From Planctomycetota bacterium (GTDB taxonomy: Bacteria > Planctomycetota > SZUA-567 > H5-PLA8), in the NCBI GenBank assembly GCA_045863855.1, contig BTVV01000116.1, positions 1 through 19,437 of the forward strand: 19,437 bases of DNA, written 5' to 3'. Shown here in pieces: positions 9,238 through 15,519 of the stretch (its first letter is position 1; every line of letters begins with the position of its first letter). Below the pieces are notes generated by a model. That model searched no databases. It was not told the DNA's origin and worked only from the letters and a program-made list of their open reading frames with translations. The position numbers and the translations under genes are program-made.

Positions 9238-10734
9238 ATGCCATATCACGCACATCGCGCATTCCTGGCCTTAGGGCTCGGGTGGTGCGCTCTTATGCAC
9301 GCTTGCTTGCTGGCCGAAGACTCGAAAGCCCCGTCTCCGGACGCACCGAAGCTCGTCCTGCTGCATGCCGCGAGTCTGCGAGAACCCAACCTCGAAAAAG
9401 TTCAGGCCGCCACCGCAGTCTTGGCCACTACCCAATCGCCGTTAGCCGCTCCGCATCTGTGGCAACTCTATGAAACCGGCGACGCCGATCGCCGCAATCT
9501 GGCACTGCGCGCGCTGGGTAAGTTGGGCATCGCGGACGTACAGGGCAAGCTCTTCGAAGCGGCCTTGGCCGATCCGCTCTTGGGTATCCGGCGCGCGGCG
9601 GCAGAAGCGCTGCGGGATGTGCTCGGCCGCGACGAAGCGACGAAACGGTTTCAGGATGCCTTAAAGCCCGAGGCTCGCGTCTTGCAGCCTCTGGGACGCT
9701 GGCGCTGCGTGCAATCGATCGCGCATTTGGGCGGCGCGGGCGCCCTGGAATCGTTGATCGCGCTGCTCGACGATCCCGACGACGACGTGGCGGTGGCCGC
9801 GGCGGAAGGCTTGGGCATCCTGGGCGATAAAAAGGCCGTCGCGGCCCTGGTGCAGCGCTTGAAAACCCCACGCGCCGAGTTGCGCCCCGCGCTCCCCGAC
9901 GCGCTGGAGCAACTCAGCGGAGAAAAGTACGGCTACAATCTGGTGCAGTGGGAGGAGTGGATTCAGCGCCACGCGGAAGGCTCCTTCGAAATCGAAGCGC
10001 GCGCGCCCCAACCCGCACCGGCGCAACCGGGCGCGGAAGACGGTTACACCCCCGGCTACCGCGATCCGTATCAAAAGCCTCTGGGCGAGAGTTGCATCGA
10101 TTTTGTGGTCGTCTTCGATACCACCGGCAGCCTGCTGCATATCTGGCCAGAGGTCAGCAGCGCGATCGATGCGGTCATGCAGGAGATGTCCAAGACCGCG
10201 CGCTCGCTGCGCGTGGGCAGCGTCCGGTACCGCGCCGACGCGCAAACCCAAACGCTCACGTATCTGATCAAACCGTTTCCGCTCACGCGCGAAGTGCAAA
10301 AAGCGCGGGACAGCATCCTCGATGCCACCTTTGGTGGCGGCTCGGGCGGCCTGCATCTGGGCATCCGGCACGCGATCTCGGCCTTCGGCTGGCGCGCGAA
10401 TGCGCGAAAGGTGGTGCTGGTCGTCGGCGATACGACGCCCGTCGAAGAAGGCCTGCGGCTGTGCGTGAGCACCATCCAGGAAGCATGGGCGCACGATCGC
10501 GTCCAGTTCAACGCGCTGTACATCCGGTCGATCCACGGCACCCAGCATAAGTCCACGTATCGGCTGCTGGCCGATGTCGGTGGCGGCCGCTTTTACGAAT
10601 ACAACAAAGCCTGGAGCCGGTTGGTGGATCTGAGCGCCGAGCATCCCGATCCCAAACGCCAGGAAATGCCCGGCGAAACGCTGGAAAAGTGGCTTACTCC
10701 GCCTCCGCCTCCAGCCGCGCCGCCCACGAAATGA
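9238..10734 (+). CDS. Exported HEAT-repeat + von Willebrand factor A domain protein
   Basis: N-terminal signal-like segment (RAFLALGLGWCALMHACLLA). HEAT/PBS-type repeats (RRAAAEAL, LLDDPDDDVAVAAAEGLG). vWA with MIDAS-like 'VVVFDTTGS', 'WRANARKVVLVVGD' and 'LADVGGGRFY'. Confidence 0.8.
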   Translation: MPYHAHRAFLALGLGWCALMHACLLAEDSKAPSPDAPKLVLLHAASLREPNLEKVQAATAVLATTQSPLAAPHLWQLYETGDADRRNLALRALGKLGIADVQGKLFEAALADPLLGIRRAAAEALRDVLGRDEATKRFQDALKPEARVLQPLGRWRCVQSIAHLGGAGALESLIALLDDPDDDVAVAAAEGLGILGDKKAVAALVQRLKTPRAELRPALPDALEQLSGEKYGYNLVQWEEWIQRHAEGSFEIEARAPQPAPAQPGAEDGYTPGYRDPYQKPLGESCIDFVVVFDTTGSLLHIWPEVSSAIDAVMQEMSKTARSLRVGSVRYRADAQTQTLTYLIKPFPLTREVQKARDSILDATFGGGSGGLHLGIRHAISAFGWRANARKVVLVVGDTTPVEEGLRLCVSTIQEAWAHDRVQFNALYIRSIHGTQHKSTYRLLADVGGGRFYEYNKAWSRLVDLSAEHPDPKRQEMPGETLEKWLTPPPPPAAPPTK

Positions 10735-10801
10735 CCACGGTCACGTACCGGGTCTGACGATCGTCTCACCTTACAAGACAAACGGAGCGGAGGGTGGCTT
10801 G

Positions 10802-11908
10802 ATGCGGCGAACGATACGAAGGGGGCGGCTGCTGAGCATTTGGCTGGGCTTAAGTATGGCTGCCGCTCAGGCCGCCGAAACCGGCACGCTCGCGATCCTG
10901 GTCAGCGATTCGTTCGAGACGCCGCTCCCCGGCGCGCACGTTTCGGCCCTGCGGATCGGTGGACGCGAAGCGGTGGAAAAGGTCACCGACGCATCCGGGC
11001 GCTGCATGCTCGAACTGCCCATCGGCACCTACGGCATCACCGTCCGCACGACCGGCTTCCGGGCCGATTTCACGGGCGGGGTGGTCGTGCGCGCGCGGAC
11101 CGACTTCCCGTTGCGATTCGCGCTCTTGCCCGGCGATCCGGCCGAGAAACTCCCGCACGAGAAGACGCCGCAGGAACGCGCCGAGGCGCTGGCCCGCCTG
11201 CAGGCCAAGTTCGGCGACGAAGAAAAGACCACGGCGGCGGGCGTAACCCAGACCGCCTACGACGGCCTGGACGAGGCGCTGAAGACCTGCCAGATCGAAC
11301 GGACCAACGGCGGTCCGGCCGCGCGCAACGACCACCTGAAGATCGGCAACGACCTGCTGGCCGCCAAGAAATACGGGGACGCCCTGGTTAAGTATAAGCT
11401 CGCGCTCGGCGAAGATCCGTCCCACGCCGTAACGTGGTTCAACACGGGGGTTCTCTTCGGCGTCGAGCAACGTTCGAAACAGGCCGAGACCTGTTTCCGG
11501 ACGGCCATCGGCCTATGCGGAGGCGGCGGCGACAGCGATTTCCACGCGTATTTGGGCCGCGCGCTGGGGCGGCAAGGACGGCTTGACGAAGCGGTGAAAT
11601 GCTACAAAGCCGCCAGCCTGATCAACGCCGACAAGGAATCCGTGTACCTGTACGAGATCGGGAGTCTGTACCATTCGATGCGCCAGTTCAAGGCGGCGCA
11701 GGAATGGTTCGAGCAAGCCGTGAAGCAGAACTGCCCCGAACCCTTGCTCTATTTCGCGTATGCCAACTGTCTCGAACTCCAGGGCCAAAAACGCGGCGCG
11801 ATCGAACACTACAAAGAGTTTCTCAAGCGCGCGGAATCCGATGCGGCGCTGGCCGAATACCTCCAGCGCACCAAGGAGAAACTGGAGAAGCTCGGCACAG
11901 GGGAGTAG
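10802..11908 (+). CDS. Exported protein with carboxypeptidase-regulatory-like (beta-sandwich) domain and TPR repeats
   Basis: Signal peptide (AQA|AE). 'V.D....PLPGA.V...VTDASG....LP.G.Y...V...GF' beta-sandwich pattern, followed by several TPR motifs (YLGRALGRQGRLDEAVKCY). Confidence 0.8.
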   Translation: MRRTIRRGRLLSIWLGLSMAAAQAAETGTLAILVSDSFETPLPGAHVSALRIGGREAVEKVTDASGRCMLELPIGTYGITVRTTGFRADFTGGVVVRARTDFPLRFALLPGDPAEKLPHEKTPQERAEALARLQAKFGDEEKTTAAGVTQTAYDGLDEALKTCQIERTNGGPAARNDHLKIGNDLLAAKKYGDALVKYKLALGEDPSHAVTWFNTGVLFGVEQRSKQAETCFRTAIGLCGGGGDSDFHAYLGRALGRQGRLDEAVKCYKAASLINADKESVYLYEIGSLYHSMRQFKAAQEWFEQAVKQNCPEPLLYFAYANCLELQGQKRGAIEHYKEFLKRAESDAALAEYLQRTKEKLEKLGTGE

Positions 11909-11981
11909 CCTCCAGGACTCGCACTGGACGCGCCCGCCCGGCGCGGCAGAATCCTCGGCATAACCCCGCGAGGATGCACGC

Positions 11982-12947
11982 ATGCCGCTTGTCGATAAGC
12001 CGCTTCCCGAACTGCTCAAATACGAAGGCCGCAACCCCTGCCCCAAGGACATGGACGCCTTCTGGGATGCAAGCCTCGCCGAGATGCGCAGCCTCGATGC
12101 GGCCGTGGACCTCAAGCCGGCCGCCTTCCAGGCGCCGGGCGCGGAATGCTTCGATCTGACATTCACCGGCGTGGGCGGCTCGCGGGTTTACGCCAAATAC
12201 CTGCGTCCCCGCAACGCCGGCTCGAAGAAACACCCCACCGTCCTGCTCTTTCACGGCTACAGCGGCAGCAGCGGCGAGTGGTTCGACAAACTCGCCTGGG
12301 TCGGGCAGGGCTTTTGCGTGGCGGCGCTGGATTGCCGTGGGCAGGCCGGCAAGTCGCAGGACCTCGGCTCGGTGCGCGGGAACACGCTGCGCGGGCATAT
12401 CATCCGCGGGCTGGATGAAGAGAGTCCCGCGAAGCTGCTCTTCCGTAACATTTACCTCGATACGGCGCAGCTCGCCGGGATCGTGATGGGCTTTCCCGAG
12501 GTGGATGCTGCGCGCGTCGGAGCCACCGGCGGCAGTCAAGGCGGCGGCCTGACGCTGGCCTGCGCGTCACTGGAACCGCGCATCAAGCAGGCCGCCCCGG
12601 TCTTCCCGTTCCTGTGCGACTACAAGCGCGTCTGGGAGATGGATCTAGCCAAAGGTGCGTACGAGGAACTCAATACTTATTTCCGCAACTTCGATCCGCG
12701 CCACGAGCGCGAGGACGCCGTATGGGAGCGCTTGGGATACATCGACAACCAGCACCTCGCCAAGCGCATCCGAGCCAAGGTGTTGATGGCCGTGGGCATG
12801 ATGGACACGATCTGCCCTCCTTCCACCCAGTTCGCCGCGTTCAATAAGATCGCTTCGCCGAAGGAATACGTGCTGTATCCCGACTTCGGACACGAAGGTC
12901 TGCCCGGCTGGAACGAACGCGCGCTGAAGTTCATGCTCGACCTGTAA
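11982..12947 (+). CDS. Acetyl xylan esterase / cephalosporin-C deacetylase (CE7, AXE1 family)
   Basis: Motifs FHGY, RGQ, the GGSQGGG nucleophile elbow, D.ICPPSTQFA and GHE. GAGGA RBS upstream. Confidence 0.93.
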   Translation: MPLVDKPLPELLKYEGRNPCPKDMDAFWDASLAEMRSLDAAVDLKPAAFQAPGAECFDLTFTGVGGSRVYAKYLRPRNAGSKKHPTVLLFHGYSGSSGEWFDKLAWVGQGFCVAALDCRGQAGKSQDLGSVRGNTLRGHIIRGLDEESPAKLLFRNIYLDTAQLAGIVMGFPEVDAARVGATGGSQGGGLTLACASLEPRIKQAAPVFPFLCDYKRVWEMDLAKGAYEELNTYFRNFDPRHEREDAVWERLGYIDNQHLAKRIRAKVLMAVGMMDTICPPSTQFAAFNKIASPKEYVLYPDFGHEGLPGWNERALKFMLDL

Positions 12948-12955
12948 GGGGCCGG

Positions 12956-14434
12956 TCAAGGCTTCGCGCCAAGCAGCCGCTCTTTGTGCTTGGCCACCAG
13001 CGCCTTGAAATCCGGCTCTTCGCGGTAAAGGTCGAGATCCACATCCTGGTCGATCCATTCCAGGATGTGCGTGTTGCGGCTGTTCGCGAGCGCGGTTTCG
13101 AAGGCCGGGTAAAATTTCTCGCGCTGCCGGCTCACGGCATAAAACCAGGCGACCATTACTTCGTAAAACTGGCGGTCCGCGCGCGGCGGCTTCACGGTTT
13201 CGAAGAGTTTGTAACCCGCCTCTTGCTGCCCGTTCAGCACCAGGTATCCGGCTTCGATCGTCTGCAGGTTCCAGCTCTCTGGATTGATGCGCCGCGCCTT
13301 GCGGATGCTCGCCAGGGCGTCGTCGAGGCGCTTGTCGTTCTTCTGCAGGATCGAGAGGTTGTAGAGCACGTTGGCCATATTCGGATCGGCCGGATCGACG
13401 AGCGCCACGGCCAGCTCCATGTAGCGTACGGCGCCACGGAAATCTTTCAGCGCACGGTGGCAGAACGCGAGCTGCTGAAGCACGCTCAATTGGGCGCTCT
13501 TCGGCGCTGCGCTGAACGCCTCCAGCAGATAATGCCGCTCGGTATCGTGATCGCCCCGGCCGGCCGCTTCGGCGGCGAGGAAGGTTAGCGCTTCGGTAAC
13601 GACCGTGGGCGGCACGCCGGGCTTCGCGGCAATCTCGGAGATCTTCAGGCGCGCTTCGTCGCGGCGTCCCGTGATATCGGACAGCACCTTCGCGCGCTGC
13701 AACTCCCAGTCCACGCGCTTCGGGACGAGCTTCAACGCCTGCTCGATCAGCACCAGAGCTTCTTCCAGATTGGCTTCGCCTAGGCGGTGCCCGGCGCTCA
13801 CCATGGTCAGTTCGCCCAGAAAGGCATCGTCGTCGAGCGAGCGAAACCAGCCCAGCGCTTGTGCGTCCGCTTCGGTGGGGTGCTTGGCCTGCTCGCGGTA
13901 ACGCGCGTCTGGGATTTCCCGGCCACCCGCTGTGGTCTCGATGTTGATCCGGGTTTGTCCGTCGTCCCAGCGTACGAAAGCATGGCCCGGAATAAACACG
14001 ACGCGAATCGGAAGATGCAGCGCCCGGCCGGCGAGCACGTAAAGGGTAGACGTGGAAAGACAATTGCCCTTGCCGCGCAACAAGCTCGCAGCAAGCGTCG
14101 CGTCGCGCCAATACAGGTTCGAGAGGTATGCGACTTCCCGGTCGGCTAGAAGCTGGCGGTTCAGGACCGCAATTTTCTCTTTGGGCGTAGACGCTTGGGC
14201 CAATGCCGGCCGGATGCGGTTCAACAGCGCCGCAAACGCTTCTCGGGCACGCGGCGCCTCCAATTCTGGTTCCTGAACCCGATTCAGCGTCAGGACGCGT
14301 TCGAATAGCGCGTCGTCCAGTGCCGGCGCTGTTGTTTGGGGCGCCGGACCGGTCTGGGCATGCGACGGTACACCCATTCCTGCCAGGCACAGCAGCACGA
14401 ACGCGATATGGGCTTTCCTAGGATCGCTGGGCAT
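12956..14434 (-). CDS. Exported transglutaminase-like (SirB1/Transglut_core2-type) domain + TPR protein
   Basis: Signal peptide (SHA|Q). 'L.GKGNCLS....Y', 'PGHAFVRW' and 'NIETT' suggest a Cys-His-acid triad. C-terminal TPRs (VLYNLSIL...RLDDAL). Confidence 0.75.
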   Translation of the reverse strand: MPSDPRKAHIAFVLLCLAGMGVPSHAQTGPAPQTTAPALDDALFERVLTLNRVQEPELEAPRAREAFAALLNRIRPALAQASTPKEKIAVLNRQLLADREVAYLSNLYWRDATLAASLLRGKGNCLSTSTLYVLAGRALHLPIRVVFIPGHAFVRWDDGQTRINIETTAGGREIPDARYREQAKHPTEADAQALGWFRSLDDDAFLGELTMVSAGHRLGEANLEEALVLIEQALKLVPKRVDWELQRAKVLSDITGRRDEARLKISEIAAKPGVPPTVVTEALTFLAAEAAGRGDHDTERHYLLEAFSAAPKSAQLSVLQQLAFCHRALKDFRGAVRYMELAVALVDPADPNMANVLYNLSILQKNDKRLDDALASIRKARRINPESWNLQTIEAGYLVLNGQQEAGYKLFETVKPPRADRQFYEVMVAWFYAVSRQREKFYPAFETALANSRNTHILEWIDQDVDLDLYREEPDFKALVAKHKERLLGAKP

Positions 14435-14589
14435 GGCTCATTGCACCTCCGGCTGTTGCTATAACGTGTAAGATATAGGTGAGCCTCCACATTAATCATC
14501 GCAGTCTGGCGAATTGCGTTCAAAGACCGCAGGCGGCTTTCCAAACGATTCCGCCCGATCCCTCCAAACCGTGTCCAACTTGAGACTTG

Positions 14590-14768
14590 CCTTGAGCTTG
14601 GGCTCTGTTAGCGTGACCTGTTGCTTCTCTAAGGTTTGCACACGGAAGGCCCCTAGCAACGGAGCGGGAGCCTTCCTGATGTTGGAATGCACGGAGCAAA
14701 AGGGGCGTGACCACACCCGTGGGAAGCGGGTTGAGAACCCTCACGATCTTCGCGTTAATCCAAGCGAG
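14590..14768 (+). ncRNA. Candidate structured ncRNA, 6S RNA (SsrS)-like
   Basis: ~180-nt element whose ends pair (gcttgg/ccaagc; ttagcgtga/tcgcgttaa with G-U pairs). Internal gcccct/aggggc helix and an ACCCGT-gggaa-GCGGGT hairpin resembling the 3' central-bubble hairpin of 6S RNAs. Folded by eye only. Confidence 0.4.
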
Positions 14769-14839
14769 ACCGTAACTTGCGGAAACTGCAGGCGCGCCTT
14801 GACGAGCGGGGAGAAGCGGAACTTAGTAAGGAAGGCCGG

Positions 14840-15484
14840 ATGGGCGAGTCCTCGAATTCGGTCGAACGCCCCGCCGAAGCGTCACCCAACTCGCAGCAGC
14901 AGTCGCGAGGCGGTTTGGCGGCCCTGAAGCAGAAATACGAGGCCAAGGCGAAGGCGGAATCGCAGGCCGAACCCGGCCCTCGCTGGCGGCGCTGGATTCG
15001 CCCGGTGGGATTGTGCTTAGTAGTTACGTTAATCGTTTACGGAGTTTGGCCTTACACAATTTACGAGGTTCCACCCGATGGGGCGCATATGCCGCCTCAG
15101 TTCAGGCCCGGAGCCTTGGTGCTGGTACATACGGGCGTACGAACGTCCGAGCAACTCCAGCACGGCGATGCAGTTGTGTATGCAGTTCGGAGCGGTGATC
15201 GGACGATACGGCTGATGAGCCGGGTTGTGGGCAGGCCGGGCGAGCACGTGTTTTTTGACGGTTCGCGCCTGCGGCTGAACGGTTCGAAGGCCGCCGAAGA
15301 GTACCTGAGCAAGGCGCAGGTTGGCGAAGCGCGGCCAAGCCGCGCAGAAGTGCTGGTGCCCGAAGGCGGAGTGTTCGTGTTGAACGACGATCGCTCCAGC
15401 GAGGTGCTCGACAGCCGCGACTTCGGTCCGCTGAAGCCGGAACAGGTGGTCGGCAAGGTACTGATGCCGGTACGCTCGCCTTGA
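14840..15484 (+). CDS. Signal peptidase I (S26/LepB) homologue lacking the canonical Ser/Lys dyad
   Basis: One TM helix, then 'VPPDGAHMPPQFRPG' (box B, Ser replaced by His), 'HGDAVVY' (box C), 'LMSRVVGRPGE' (box D, Lys replaced by Ser) and 'FVLNDDRSS..DSRDFG' (box E). Confidence 0.82.
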   Translation: MGESSNSVERPAEASPNSQQQSRGGLAALKQKYEAKAKAESQAEPGPRWRRWIRPVGLCLVVTLIVYGVWPYTIYEVPPDGAHMPPQFRPGALVLVHTGVRTSEQLQHGDAVVYAVRSGDRTIRLMSRVVGRPGEHVFFDGSRLRLNGSKAAEEYLSKAQVGEARPSRAEVLVPEGGVFVLNDDRSSEVLDSRDFGPLKPEQVVGKVLMPVRSP

Positions 15485-15519
15485 CCGCCTGAACACGCCG
15501 TATGATGGGGGGATGTGAG

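Noticed and set aside
14500..14525. Possible sigma-54 promoter (TGGC...TTGC) upstream of the pilus locus
   Set aside because: The GG-to-GC spacing is far shorter than the required 10 nt.
14600..14645. Minus-strand GCAAACC...GG..ACGC resemblance to a c-di-GMP-I riboswitch
   Set aside because: The P2 stem does not pair, there is no GNRA tetraloop, and the GACGCAAAGC consensus is broken.
14630..14775. Partial resemblance to a cobalamin riboswitch (gcccc..gcaac, ccac..gggaag, gagacc)
   Set aside because: The core AGGGAA and GGTG-AA-TCC elements are missing, and the downstream genes are unrelated to B12.
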